DNA of 64,000 nucleotides from Escherichia phage HermannAdler_Bas98. A model generated the notes under the pieces. The model was not told where the DNA came from. It did not search any database and saw nothing but the letters and a program-made list of their open reading frames with translations. The position numbers and the translations under genes are program-made. This document shows, piece by piece, positions 39,536-49,491 of the stretch (positions within the stretch are counted from its first letter, which is position 1; each line of letters starts with the position of its first letter). Location: sequence record PQ850608.1; one strand, written 5' to 3'.

Positions 39536-40381
39536 TTATTCCGCTTGATCACCGTCTTCGGCATCGTCGTTGGATTCAACATCGACAAACTCGATGTGGC
39601 CCATCTCTTCCAGCTTGCTCAGGTAGGAGCGAACGGAAGCGCCAAACAGCTGATCTTTAACTTTCTCGCCCAGCTCATCGATAGACTGCGCCACGCCAAC
39701 TTCGCCTTCTTTGATCGCCGCCAGAACGCGCCCACGGGTGGAGTGCTCCTGCGGCTGGCTCAGGCCGTTGCCAGTGTAGATGAAGTGAGTAGCTTTTGCA
39801 CGGCGCTGACCGTTTGCCTTTTTGGCAGCCTTGCGCTCTGCGATGGCTTTGCGACGTTCTTCAGCTTCTTTCTTACGCTGTTCTTTTTGCTGTTCTGCAG
39901 CTTCTTTCGCCGCGATCTTAGCAGCTTCACGCTCTGCCTTGCGTTTCGCTTTCGCTTCTTCTTTAGCCTTCTCTTTTTCGGCCTTTGCTGCAGCACGGGC
40001 TTGATCACGCTCTGCTTTCTTAGCAGCAGCTTGTTCAGCTTTCAGGCGCTTGGCTTCTTCTTTGGCCTTTGCCTTTTCGATTTCTTTTGCTGCTTTAGCG
40101 GCTTCACGCTCTGCTTTCTTAGCAGCAGCCTTTTCTGCACGCTCTTTAGCTTTCTTAGCTGCTTCTTCAGCACGCTTCTGAGCCTTCTCATCAGCAGCCT
40201 GTTTGCGCTTCAGCGCGGCTTCTTCACGCTTGGCTTGTTTTTCCTGCTCACGCTTCTGGCGTTTTTCTTCGGCTTCTTTCTTTTTAGCCAGGCGTTTTTC
40301 TTCAGCCACGCGACGACGTTCTGCTGCGGCTGCTTGTTTTTCTTCTTTAGATAATACTTTGATTGCTTCGGCCATATTCAC
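39536..40381 (-). CDS. charged low-complexity (K/E/A repeat, TolA-like) protein with C-terminal globular domain
   Basis: About 190 aa of AEEKRQKREQEKQAKR / AKKAEREAAKAAKE repeats; DNA repeats such as CACGCTCTGCTTTCTTAGCAGCAGC occur twice. Confidence 0.6.
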   Translation of the reverse strand: MNMAEAIKVLSKEEKQAAAAERRRVAEEKRLAKKKEAEEKRQKREQEKQAKREEAALKRKQAADEKAQKRAEEAAKKAKERAEKAAAKKAEREAAKAAKEIEKAKAKEEAKRLKAEQAAAKKAERDQARAAAKAEKEKAKEEAKAKRKAEREAAKIAAKEAAEQQKEQRKKEAEERRKAIAERKAAKKANGQRRAKATHFIYTGNGLSQPQEHSTRGRVLAAIKEGEVGVAQSIDELGEKVKDQLFGASVRSYLSKLEEMGHIEFVDVESNDDAEDGDQAE

Positions 40382-40534
40382 AGTCCTTAAATAAATTAGT
40401 TTATTTTATATTCCCCGTTTGGGATAACTTAATTATGCCTTCAGTCGCCGCCAGTAGCAACTAAAAACTATGGCGGCAATGCCACTTTAATTAAACTGAT
40501 TTTCAGTTTTATTTTTCGTAAATTTACGTCAACA

Positions 40535-41719
40535 TTAACGCGCTTTCAAATCACGGTACACGGTCAGATTCTTCTTAGCACGGGTGATAGCGGTGTACAT
40601 CATCTTGGAGTACGGAACGCCGCGCAGGATTTCTTCCAGCACGCACACATTGTCCCACTCGCTGCCTTGCGATTTGTGCACCGTGATGACATAGCCATAG
40701 TCCATGCCTCCAACAGCGCGTTGCGCTTCTTTGCGCACTTCCTGATCAGTAGAGAAGGAAAGAGGATTGATCTTCACCTTTATATCTTTACCATCAGTTA
40801 ATGAACGTAAGTTGACATACATTATTTCATTCGACTCATCTTCATCCCTTTCGAAGTCCGGCACTGGCTCATAGCTAATAACAATCCCTTGCTCGCCATT
40901 ACAGAATCCTGGCCCGTGTTGGTTGAAGGTGCAAATAACCTTCTCACCGATTCCTGGCATTGGCGTTATACGTCCGCTCACTTGCCGTAATAATGAATTC
41001 CATTTATCTTTTGTGCTATTATAGGAGCAAATAATTTGATCATCTTCGCCCATGAATTTCTTCAATGCAGTAACGCGCGGCGATTCTGCCAATACTTTGA
41101 CGTCATCGTATTCACGCGGAGGAAGGCGGTTGCCTTGGCGCACGAAGAAGGAGGCGCGGATTATATTGGACTCTTTCCCTTGCCGCATGATTTCTGTTAA
41201 CAGTACGTCAACGGCATCTTCAGTAAAGTAGGCGGCGGCTTTTACCGGAGGGACTTGTCCAATGTCGCCTAATGCCAGGACAGGGATGCGGTGATCAAGA
41301 AGGCGCTCTGTGTCCCACTCGCCAACCATCGACGCTTCATCGAGTACAACAAGATGCGGCCTTTCATCCAGCTTTGACTTTCTCGAAAAGATTGGCTCAT
41401 TGTCGTCATTTACGCCGCGCACGTTATAGATGAACTGGTGAAGGGTCTTAGCGCCACGACAGCCTTTTTGCTTTAATCGGCTTGCAGCCTTTCCGGTCGG
41501 CGCAATATAGATAGCTCCATACTCACCGACACAACGGCGCACAATCTCGCGAGCAATAGAGGTTTTACCAGTCCCTGCATAGCCAGCAATGAAAAACACG
41601 CGCTTCGTCGTTTTACCGTCCTGCAATCGCTTGTACCATGCAACGGCTTTCTCGATGGCGTCGATTTGTTGCGCGTTAAACTGAATCACTGGCTCATCAT
41701 TAAATTCTGGAATGTTCAT
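40535..41719 (-). CDS. Dda/RecD-like SF1 DNA helicase
   Basis: AGYAGTGKTS Walker A, VVLDEASMV Walker B, VITVHKSQGSEWD and YTAITRAKKNL motifs. Confidence 0.75.
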   Translation of the reverse strand: MNIPEFNDEPVIQFNAQQIDAIEKAVAWYKRLQDGKTTKRVFFIAGYAGTGKTSIAREIVRRCVGEYGAIYIAPTGKAASRLKQKGCRGAKTLHQFIYNVRGVNDDNEPIFSRKSKLDERPHLVVLDEASMVGEWDTERLLDHRIPVLALGDIGQVPPVKAAAYFTEDAVDVLLTEIMRQGKESNIIRASFFVRQGNRLPPREYDDVKVLAESPRVTALKKFMGEDDQIICSYNSTKDKWNSLLRQVSGRITPMPGIGEKVICTFNQHGPGFCNGEQGIVISYEPVPDFERDEDESNEIMYVNLRSLTDGKDIKVKINPLSFSTDQEVRKEAQRAVGGMDYGYVITVHKSQGSEWDNVCVLEEILRGVPYSKMMYTAITRAKKNLTVYRDLKAR

Positions 41720-42045
41720 TATAACTCCACTACGCTGTCAAGGTCCAGATATACTGGAATAAAATGGCAATCTTCTTTTCGTTCAAACATCTCACCATCA
41801 ACATGGCTGAAGAAAACAGTTGTGTTTGGTATCTTCCATCCTTTCTCGTCGCGCACTAAGTACGCCATGGATTCAACAGGGATGTACAGCGATACCGGAT
41901 TTGCGGCAAAAATAAATTTGATTCTGTCTGGTTGACCCAGAAATCGCATGATTGTTAGGCTTGAATTCAATCTTGTATTAAGGAAGGACTCAACGATTCC
42001 GACGTGTGTTGCACGTTCGCGTTGCTTCGTCTCTTTTTCGTTCAT
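41719..42045 (-). CDS. hypothetical protein
   Basis: First gene of leftward operon; ATG overlaps downstream gene. Confidence 0.5.
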   Translation of the reverse strand: MNEKETKQRERATHVGIVESFLNTRLNSSLTIMRFLGQPDRIKFIFAANPVSLYIPVESMAYLVRDEKGWKIPNTTVFFSHVDGEMFERKEDCHFIPVYLDLDSVVEL

Positions 42046-42148
42046 TTCAGGCGACCTTTGTTAGTGCGGAAATATTTTCTGATAGTATAATTGCAGATAT
42101 AGTATAAAGCAAAGTAAATCGAAATTGTGAACTAAATGGTAAATATTG

Positions 42149-42176
42149 TTGACTTTGTATCACTCAATATTATACT
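42149..42176 (+). promoter_or_regulatory. sigma70-type promoter in divergent intergenic hub
   Basis: TTGACT - 16 nt - TATACT, about 30 nt upstream of 42206. Confidence 0.5.
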
Positions 42177-42205
42177 GCAGGTATTGATCACCGAAGGAAA
42201 GAAAG

Positions 42206-43288
42206 ATGGCTAGTTTAAGAGAAGAAGCAAAAATAATCGAAGAGTTTTTGACGGAACTCCAAAGAGGCATTCCAGAAGACGAACGCGTCATGACCGTGTT
42301 TGCGCCTGAAGCGACAGTGCAGACTGACGAGCGCGGCAAGAAGATCAACAGCAGCTTCTGGCCTAAGCCTTGGAAGTTGGGCAAGTCGCTCATGCAGCAC
42401 CAAAACGGCTATGCGTGCATCAGTTCAATGCGTAAGTCTCCCAACCCAAAGACGGGTGAGATGCGATACTGGCGTACAGAGTCGGCCTTTGGTCACGGCA
42501 TGGCGATGATGGTCGACGACATCGGTCACGGTAAAGGGTCCAAAGGCGATTTAGATTTGGAATTCTTTTTTGAGCGACTGAAGCCGACTGTCATCGTCGA
42601 GACTTCACCGAACAACCACCAGCTTTGGTACTTCTTTAAAGAACCGATTGACCATCTTATTCAGTTCAAAGCGTTCCTTGGGTCTTTCGTTAACATGGTA
42701 CTCAAGAAGGGCGGCGACAACACGATTAAAGACGTAACGCGCGTGGGCCGTGTTCCTGGGTGCATCAACAACAAGCGTGTGACTCACGACGGCCCCTATA
42801 AATATGTCGATGAGAACGGCGACCCGTTCCGCTGCCGACTTGTCCATGCAGACTACTCATTGCGCTACACCATCGAAGACATTTGTCAGGCATTTGGCTT
42901 TCACGTCGTCATGCCGCAAAAGCGTGAGATTCAAATTGACGTCGATGAATACAAGTATGATGCTGTTTGGTATAAAATAGCCCAGCAGATTCTATCGCGC
43001 AACAAAATGGGTGAAGGGTCTGATGGCGACGTCATCGAGAACATGTCAGGCAAGTGCCGCATAATCTGTCCTTGGGGTGAAGAACACACCAACGGCGACC
43101 CGTATGGCGCTTACTTTCGCGGCCCTATTCCTGGTGCAGAACATGAGTTTGTGTTCGGTTGCGCCCACGACTGTCACCGGAAAGGGGAAGGCAAGAAAGG
43201 TTGGACTGCTTTTGTTGAAGCAATCGTCATGCCTTATATTGAGAATCAACTTGACATGATAAATCGTCGTGCAGGTGGCATAAAATAG
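42206..43288 (+). CDS. primase-polymerase (AEP-family) protein with C-terminal Cys/His cluster
   Basis: MVDDIGHGKG, SPNNHQLWYFF and TRVGRVPGCINNK blocks resemble prim-pol motifs; C-terminal CPWGEEH...GCAHDCH. Confidence 0.5.
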   Translation: MASLREEAKIIEEFLTELQRGIPEDERVMTVFAPEATVQTDERGKKINSSFWPKPWKLGKSLMQHQNGYACISSMRKSPNPKTGEMRYWRTESAFGHGMAMMVDDIGHGKGSKGDLDLEFFFERLKPTVIVETSPNNHQLWYFFKEPIDHLIQFKAFLGSFVNMVLKKGGDNTIKDVTRVGRVPGCINNKRVTHDGPYKYVDENGDPFRCRLVHADYSLRYTIEDICQAFGFHVVMPQKREIQIDVDEYKYDAVWYKIAQQILSRNKMGEGSDGDVIENMSGKCRIICPWGEEHTNGDPYGAYFRGPIPGAEHEFVFGCAHDCHRKGEGKKGWTAFVEAIVMPYIENQLDMINRRAGGIK

Positions 43289-43346
43289 TTTGCTTTTATT
43301 TTCATAGCAACTATAATCATTTTATGAACTGAAGCAGAGGTGATTC

Positions 43347-43493
43347 ATGCAAAGCGAAGAATTGAACATCGAGGTTGAATGTCTGTTAAAGTCGTTAGAA
43401 CCTAAACCAGCAGAGCTTCCGACCCTTCAAGGAGTCATGGCTCACCATCAAGCGGCTGCGGCCCAACACTACTCTGAATTTGTTAAGGAATAA
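43347..43493 (+). CDS. small protein (48 aa)
   Basis: GAGGTG RBS; short. Confidence 0.35.
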   Translation: MQSEELNIEVECLLKSLEPKPAELPTLQGVMAHHQAAAAQHYSEFVKE

Positions 43494-43495
43494 AA

Positions 43496-43786
43496 ATGAA
43501 CGAACCAAAAATGATGACCGTTGAAGAAGCACAAAATCTTCGTGTTGAAAACGAGCTTAAGCTTGTCAACCAGATTCTTCCCTTGTTTGCAGGCTACGCA
43601 GTGGAGGAAGTTGTTGGTGCAATCCTTAACGTATCCACGCATGTCGCTATGAATCTTCAGGCCGAACGATTCAACACGCTGCTGACTATTAAAAACCTTA
43701 CGGTCAGTGCAACGTTCACCGTTGAGCCAGTCAATTTTGACGAAGCTTCAGCCGCGATTCAACAGCAAAGAGATCAAGAGGTGTAG
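43496..43786 (+). CDS. hypothetical protein
   Basis: ATG 2 nt after upstream stop. Confidence 0.5.
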   Translation: MNEPKMMTVEEAQNLRVENELKLVNQILPLFAGYAVEEVVGAILNVSTHVAMNLQAERFNTLLTIKNLTVSATFTVEPVNFDEASAAIQQQRDQEV

Positions 43787-43787
43787 C

Positions 43788-44051
43788 ATGGGCGCTTTCC
43801 GTAACGAGTTCATCTGGAACGTTACCAGCAATCTCTCGACCTGCCCTAACTGTGCAAGCGATGTTATCAAGGTGCGGCAACATCGCAACGCGGAGGAAGG
43901 TGCCTGGGAAGATGGCGACCTTGTAGAGTGCCAGTGCTGCTCTCATGAAGGAGTTGTTGAGCTTCAAGCTGGTGAAGGTTGCCCACCAGCAGAGCGCACA
44001 GCACGCGTTGAATGGGATGCGACAGACTCCATTGGTGATCCTCAACAGTAA
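43788..44051 (+). CDS. small Cys-rich (zinc-ribbon-like) protein
   Basis: CPNC ... CQCC pairs; ATG 1 nt after upstream TAG. Confidence 0.45.
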   Translation: MGAFRNEFIWNVTSNLSTCPNCASDVIKVRQHRNAEEGAWEDGDLVECQCCSHEGVVELQAGEGCPPAERTARVEWDATDSIGDPQQ

Positions 44052-44069
44052 ATTTAGGTATAGATACTT

Positions 44070-44174
44070 ATGAAAGCCGTAAAGAAATACACATTAATCA
44101 TTTCCCTTGTTATCATCCTGGGGCTATTATATGTATTGGATATGGCATATTATTTGGCAGGGGTGAGTAAATGA
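44070..44174 (+). CDS. small membrane peptide (34 aa)
   Basis: Single hydrophobic helix; stop overlaps next start (ATGA). Confidence 0.3.
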   Translation: MKAVKKYTLIISLVIILGLLYVLDMAYYLAGVSK

Positions 44175-44461
44175 ATATTGTAATTCTTTATGGTGAAAAT
44201 ATCAGCGATGACGACATCGAAGTTGCCGTTGATGTTTACGGTATCGATGAGGTGAAACGTGTTGAAGAAATTAGTGGCGCAAATCTCAATGAGATTGTCA
44301 AAGAAGCTGGCTGTCCTTCGGAAGAGATTCTGGTGGTTACTAACGATGACCTGTCTTCTATGGATCATTTGCGCCGCATCTTCACCGATTGCCAATACCT
44401 TCATGCTGTTCAATCAGTAAACAAATTGAGAAAGGCATACGCTGACCAATTTCCTTGCTGA
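44171..44461 (+). CDS. hypothetical protein
   Basis: 96 aa ORF, GGGGTGAG RBS. Confidence 0.5.
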   Translation: MNIVILYGENISDDDIEVAVDVYGIDEVKRVEEISGANLNEIVKEAGCPSEEILVVTNDDLSSMDHLRRIFTDCQYLHAVQSVNKLRKAYADQFPC

Positions 44462-44510
44462 TAGTTCACCAGTTATATTGCTTTAAATTGAGTTTTACTA
44501 TATTAATATA

Positions 44511-44536
44511 CAACGCCAGATTTCTGGCGTTTATTT
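44511..44536 (+). terminator. rho-independent terminator candidate
   Basis: AACGCCAGA-TT-TCTGGCGTT stem-loop followed by TATTT. Confidence 0.45.
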
Positions 44537-44597
44537 ACCGCACCCTGAAAGGATATATCCATGCAACAATATAACAAAGCCGTATCAGGAGGATTAA

Positions 44598-46268
44598 ATG
44601 TCAATTAATAATGACAATCTTCCAGAGGATACAGGTGATGAATTTGGTGCAATCTTTGACGAAATTCAAGATGCAGGCGTTTCGGAAGAAATGCAGGCAG
44701 CAGAGCAGCAAGGCACCAGAGCTAAAATCAGCCTTCAACACAAAGCCGTTGAAAAAGATTCAGAGCGCATGGAATGCTACGGTGAAGAAGACTTGGTTGA
44801 AAGAGCACGCTTGCTCGCCTCACTTCAGGTAATCAAGTTCCCTCACTACAAGCCTACCAAAGATGACTTCGTTCTACAGGCAGACCGGACGAGTGACATG
44901 AACCGTTATGCGGTTTTCGACGCGTTGTTTGATAAGGGAAGTGGCGTTGTTCCATTCCCTCACAAAGATACTTTTCGTGGGCGCTTAGTCGACCATCGCG
45001 GCGAAACTTTCACCGACCGGACGTTGGAAGTCACAGAGATAGTTGCCGCTGTCGACGCAGCAGGTCTGTCCAACCCAAACTCACGTCAGGTAGCTCAATC
45101 CTATAAGGAATGGGCTATGCGTTATCAGCGTGACGACCTGATGGACTTCTTCTACAAGAAGCTGCCTGAATGGGACGGTACTGCGCGCATTGAGAAATAC
45201 CTTATCGAGCTATTCCGACCGTTCGATACAGAGTTAAACCGACAAATCGGTGTGTATTTTTGGCTATCGCTCTACAACCGACTGACCAACCCTGGCTGTC
45301 AAGCGCCAATCTCCATCGCGCTCATCGGCGGCCAGAACGCAGGGAAGAGTTATTTTAGCAAGCTACTTTGCGAAGCTATTATGAACGACCGCCACGCAAC
45401 ACCGATTCCGTTGAACTTAGCCGCGCAGAACTTCAACCCGTTCTTGCGAGCTATTACGGGTCGCTCAATTATCGCGAACGTCGGCGAGATGACAGGCTTT
45501 AAAAAGGCCGACATCGAAAACATGAAAGCATTCCTGACTAAGACGGAAGATGACCTGGACTTCAAATTTGAAGATACTCAGGTTAAACCACGCCAGTGGA
45601 TTGCTATCATGGACGGCAACGAATACGCAGGCATGCAGCGTGATGACACGGGCAACCGTCGTGTGTATCCTATCTTTGTTGGCCAACTCGCTGACAAGGA
45701 CGGGCAACCGAACTGGTCGAAAGATTTCCAAGCTGACCTTTCCACTTTGAAAGAAGACGTTTGGCAGTTGATGGCTGAGTGCGCTGCATGGATGGAGAAG
45801 CACGGCGAAGCAGGCTATAACGCGTTTGTTGGTGAAACATCTCGCATGCTTACTGAGTTCAGTAAAAACGAAATGGAACGTGCACGCGGCGTTATTCGTG
45901 ATGAGATGGTTGACAACGACCTTGTTGAAGTCGTCATCACCGCGCCTTATGACCGACATCACAGCGGACGCTGGCACATCACCAGTGGTGCTATTGCTAT
46001 GGGATTCAGAGCGAAGTGCGGCAAGTCGCCTTTCTCTCGTACCCTTGCGCCGCACATGTCGAAGCTTGGTTTTGAGCCTGCGACCTATCGCAACCAGCGC
46101 GGTTACTTTACGCCGCTGATTAAGAATGAAGCAGGGGAATACATTTCCGACTTGATGACCATCTTAGCGTATCTTATCCGTGATGAGTCTGACCCTGAAG
46201 ATATTGAATTCTTGAAGAAGGTTATCGAGCGTAAACGTTCTTTGGGAAGAGATAAGGATGAATTCTGA
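44598..46268 (+). CDS. VirE/D5-like P-loop NTPase (putative primase-associated helicase)
   Basis: Walker A GGQNAGKS; downstream acidic Walker B-like region; AGGAGG RBS; partner of prim-pol gene. Confidence 0.55.
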   Translation: MSINNDNLPEDTGDEFGAIFDEIQDAGVSEEMQAAEQQGTRAKISLQHKAVEKDSERMECYGEEDLVERARLLASLQVIKFPHYKPTKDDFVLQADRTSDMNRYAVFDALFDKGSGVVPFPHKDTFRGRLVDHRGETFTDRTLEVTEIVAAVDAAGLSNPNSRQVAQSYKEWAMRYQRDDLMDFFYKKLPEWDGTARIEKYLIELFRPFDTELNRQIGVYFWLSLYNRLTNPGCQAPISIALIGGQNAGKSYFSKLLCEAIMNDRHATPIPLNLAAQNFNPFLRAITGRSIIANVGEMTGFKKADIENMKAFLTKTEDDLDFKFEDTQVKPRQWIAIMDGNEYAGMQRDDTGNRRVYPIFVGQLADKDGQPNWSKDFQADLSTLKEDVWQLMAECAAWMEKHGEAGYNAFVGETSRMLTEFSKNEMERARGVIRDEMVDNDLVEVVITAPYDRHHSGRWHITSGAIAMGFRAKCGKSPFSRTLAPHMSKLGFEPATYRNQRGYFTPLIKNEAGEYISDLMTILAYLIRDESDPEDIEFLKKVIERKRSLGRDKDEF

Positions 46269-46915
46269 TGAATAAAGCAATCAACATCGCTAAATTCTTT
46301 CAACATCTTGGTGAACTGAACAAAGAAAGTGACGTTCACGGCGAAGAAATGAACCGGATGATCTCAACCGTGTTGCGTGGCTTTGGTTATGATAAGGACT
46401 CAATCACTTGCAAGCGTACAAAGCTTGTTGATGAGTCTTATCTTTACTACGTAGAGCTGCGCATCGGGAAAGATGTGATGATCATTGACCCTAAACTGGA
46501 AGGGGCGCACTGTTTTGGCGCTCACCCTCGTGCGAGTGAATTCAAGGGGCGCGGTCGCAACCGAATCCAGAAGCTTGATGACGCAGGCGACTTGAACATT
46601 GCAATGTTCCTTAAAGAGTTCCTTGCGCTACCGAAGGTTGCATCATCCACTGGCCGTGATGACCCTTGCAAGATTGGATTCAGAACTAAAGATTTGCGCA
46701 ATGCGCTACGCAAGAAGGGATTTGTGCCTTCTTATGACAACGTCGCCGCGCTGATGGCTTCAATGGAGGAAGCTGAAGCAATGGATAAAGTGCGCGGCTA
46801 TTTCCTGAATACAGGCTTCACCATGTATGAATGGCACACGAAGGGATTGACTGTCGCCGACTTCATCTATTCATTAGAGCAGAAGTATGTACGCAATATG
46901 CAGGCCACAGGATAA
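46268..46915 (+). CDS. hypothetical protein
   Basis: ATGA overlap with upstream gene. Confidence 0.55.
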   Translation: MNKAINIAKFFQHLGELNKESDVHGEEMNRMISTVLRGFGYDKDSITCKRTKLVDESYLYYVELRIGKDVMIIDPKLEGAHCFGAHPRASEFKGRGRNRIQKLDDAGDLNIAMFLKEFLALPKVASSTGRDDPCKIGFRTKDLRNALRKKGFVPSYDNVAALMASMEEAEAMDKVRGYFLNTGFTMYEWHTKGLTVADFIYSLEQKYVRNMQATG

Positions 46916-46954
46916 TTATCATCAAAATATTTGCTTTTCTGACGAGGTGATATT

Positions 46955-47179
46955 ATGATTAATTTAGACAGGATTGAGTTAGCACTTAGTACCTTAATCA
47001 AATATTACCAGTTTGCTTTTAAGGCTAGTTTGTTTGGCTTGTTCAATCCTCATCAAGCAGCAAAGGCGCGAAGCAATGCCAACCGCCTGCGCTGCACTGG
47101 TATAGTTATCCACGACCGGATATTGACAGAGGGTAGATTCAGCCATGAATACACAAGGGAGAATAACAAAGCAACGTAG
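46955..47179 (+). CDS. hypothetical protein
   Basis: GAGGTGA RBS. Confidence 0.35.
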   Translation: MINLDRIELALSTLIKYYQFAFKASLFGLFNPHQAAKARSNANRLRCTGIVIHDRILTEGRFSHEYTRENNKAT

Positions 47180-47350
47180 GGCTTTACAAGTCCTCATCCA
47201 CTACCTGTCACGCCTTTATCCAACGGCGCACGAGCAGAATCCAGCAACTGGTCATCTGTTTAAGCGCCGTAACCTTTCGCTAAAAACATTCGCTTTAATC
47301 CAACATGACCGCTACCTGGACGGGCGCTATTGCGGCCCGAAGGATTCTCT

Positions 47351-47629
47351 ATGATTACTACATACAAAGTATTCTTCGTCAAGTGCACATCATCTATTGA
47401 TGACCAATTTACTGCTGGCAAGAATTATCCCGTGATTTCTGAGTCAAAGCTAGATATAATCTTGAACGATCATGAAATCTATGAGCCGATGCCAGCGACT
47501 GCGTTTGATGTTATCGGTCACGTTCGGATTAAGACGAATGTTGAAACGATGCATGATCCGTTGTTCAAGAAGCAAATTAAGAATGCCATGCAAGACTTTT
47601 GCGCGGCTATGTTTAAATATTATAAGTGA
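47351..47629 (+). CDS. hypothetical protein
   Basis: AAGGA RBS, ATG 47351. Confidence 0.4.
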   Translation: MITTYKVFFVKCTSSIDDQFTAGKNYPVISESKLDIILNDHEIYEPMPATAFDVIGHVRIKTNVETMHDPLFKKQIKNAMQDFCAAMFKYYK

Positions 47630-47636
47630 GTTGAAG

Positions 47637-47858
47637 ATGAGCAAGAAAACCCTTAAGGCTGGCGACCGTATCCGTTGGGTATCAGGACAGCACATGCGTG
47701 CAGGCACCATCCTTGAGCTGGACGAATACCTTACCGATTCGCGCGGTCGTAATCACTACCGTGTAAGAATCGATACAGTAAAAGAAGATGACAAGTCGCT
47801 GGTTGGTGAAGTCGTCATTGTAACTCCACGTCAAATAAAGGCGGCTTGTGAAGCATGA
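47637..47858 (+). CDS. hypothetical protein
   Basis: 73 aa ORF. Confidence 0.45.
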   Translation: MSKKTLKAGDRIRWVSGQHMRAGTILELDEYLTDSRGRNHYRVRIDTVKEDDKSLVGEVVIVTPRQIKAACEA

Positions 47859-48010
47859 ATAAATATCAATTTAACGATAATAAAATCAGTAAGGCAGACG
47901 CAATCAAGCAGCTTCGCCGCGTACTTGAAGCCAGCGGCCATACGAAAGAGCGCGCACGCGTCCTAGCCAAAGAACATTATAAACGTTTTGTGTCACAAAT
48001 CAGAGGTTAA
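47855..48010 (+). CDS. small protein (51 aa)
   Basis: ATGA overlap with upstream gene. Confidence 0.35.
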   Translation: MNKYQFNDNKISKADAIKQLRRVLEASGHTKERARVLAKEHYKRFVSQIRG

Positions 48011-48012
48011 TT

Positions 48013-48507
48013 ATGATCATCCATCGCCCTTTAATGTTAAACAAAGAAGAGTGTGAAGAAATTTTACACGCATTGAGACGTGCAGAAGCAGATGTTAACC
48101 TTCGTGTAAGGGTAAGAGACTTCATCATGAAGGAGTTTGAAAGTGATGATGTTGACTATGCCATTGATGAATTGCTGAAGCGCAACGTCAAGGGTGCAAC
48201 AAGACCTATTCACCATCAATCACGTTGCGTACAAGTTCCTATTCAAACTTATGTTGATAAAAAGCCGCGCCTTAAGCCTGTTCCGGCTGATAAGATAGAA
48301 GTTGGTGACGTTATTGTTTGCGTATATTACGGCAGTCAGATTTTCAATGCTGTTGTGGTAAGGCGATACAGCATAAACGGTTGCCAATACATGGAAGTGA
48401 CAAACACAAAGAAAGAACCTGGCAGCTTGAACGTGGCTTACGCATTAAGTGAATGCAGCAGTCCTTCTTGCACTCTTTATAAGGTACTCGACCATGGCTC
48501 ATGTTAA
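48013..48507 (+). CDS. hypothetical protein
   Basis: 164 aa ORF. Confidence 0.5.
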   Translation: MIIHRPLMLNKEECEEILHALRRAEADVNLRVRVRDFIMKEFESDDVDYAIDELLKRNVKGATRPIHHQSRCVQVPIQTYVDKKPRLKPVPADKIEVGDVIVCVYYGSQIFNAVVVRRYSINGCQYMEVTNTKKEPGSLNVAYALSECSSPSCTLYKVLDHGSC

Positions 48508-48841
48508 AGACGAAGTGCTTTTTGGCGCAGAGATTAAGAAACGTGTCAGAGAAATGGCAGGAGAAGAAAGAATGAAGCCGTTGCGAAAAGGTTTTGATCA
48601 CATCAATGGCGTATCCGGCACGAAGGAGATGGGCGTGTTGGTAAAAGACATTCGCATTGGCGATGTCATGGTCATCGACCGACAAGCGCGCGTCGTTATC
48701 CAGGTGCAACCGAACGATGATGAAGGTTGTGTTCTATTGAAGCTGAAGAAGCTTTCATCCAGCCCAGCGAAGGCCGTCATCAAGAAGGTATGGCCCGAAG
48801 GATTACGCAAACTCATTCGTCGACCCGTGGAGAATGTTTAA
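48494..48841 (+). CDS. hypothetical protein
   Basis: ATG 48494 overlapping upstream gene by 14 nt. Confidence 0.4.
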   Translation: MAHVKDEVLFGAEIKKRVREMAGEERMKPLRKGFDHINGVSGTKEMGVLVKDIRIGDVMVIDRQARVVIQVQPNDDEGCVLLKLKKLSSSPAKAVIKKVWPEGLRKLIRRPVENV

Positions 48842-49077
48842 TGGAAGATTATATTAACGCGATGTATATGGCATTCTATGTCGTGCAAATTCCCAATGGC
48901 GCGGTATTCTATGGCGAGTATACCTTTGACGTTCAATATGACGTTTCAGAGCGTACAGTGTTAACAAGGGAGCTAATCGCGGACCTTAAGGACGACATCA
49001 AGCGCGTCGCGCGGCAGCAGTTCAATTTAGATGACACCGTAATCGTTCGCATTACCGGAATAACAGAGGTGCAGTGA
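48841..49077 (+). CDS. hypothetical protein
   Basis: ATG overlapping upstream TAA. Confidence 0.45.
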   Translation: MEDYINAMYMAFYVVQIPNGAVFYGEYTFDVQYDVSERTVLTRELIADLKDDIKRVARQQFNLDDTVIVRITGITEVQ

Positions 49078-49406
49078 TGACCCGTGATCAGATACTCGCC
49101 GCGCATGAGCGTGGGTTGATAAAGGAAGTGTGGAAGAAGGCCAATGCCTTTGCTGATTCTTATTACTTCTTAAAGAAGTGCATAAAAGAAAATGCAAGAA
49201 TGGGCAATACAGTATTGACTTTTAATCTTCTTTCTTATGGCGAAAAGCTTAATGCAATATATGCTTGTCGACTAGCCAGCATGAAGTTCGATAGAGGAAA
49301 TGACGGAGAGTTGACCATCTATCGATTCTCCCACAGGACGGGAGATACAAAGATAACAAGGACGCGTGACCAGATAGAGATTGACTTACTCCACTATGCA
49401 AAATGA
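49074..49406 (+). CDS. hypothetical protein
   Basis: ATGA overlap. Confidence 0.5.
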   Translation: MMTRDQILAAHERGLIKEVWKKANAFADSYYFLKKCIKENARMGNTVLTFNLLSYGEKLNAIYACRLASMKFDRGNDGELTIYRFSHRTGDTKITRTRDQIEIDLLHYAK

Positions 49407-49409
49407 ATA

Positions 49410-49491
49410 TCAAAAAGGTGAGCTAAATGCTTGCCTTTTCTTTTATCAATACTTATACTCTTTTCATCAAGACGAACAAGTGAGGTGAATT
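49410..49491 (+). promoter_or_regulatory. repeated promoter cassette copy 1 (conserved 30-mer + sigma70-type promoter)
   Basis: TCAAAAAGGTGAGCTAAATGCTTGCCTTTT identical to 50947-50976; TTGCCT - 17 nt - TATACT; conserved TCATCAAG. Confidence 0.55.

Noticed and set aside
39545-40354. 269 aa plus-strand ORF (Phe/Leu/Cys-rich)
   Set aside because: Reverse complement of the K/E/A repeat gene; low-complexity antisense artefact
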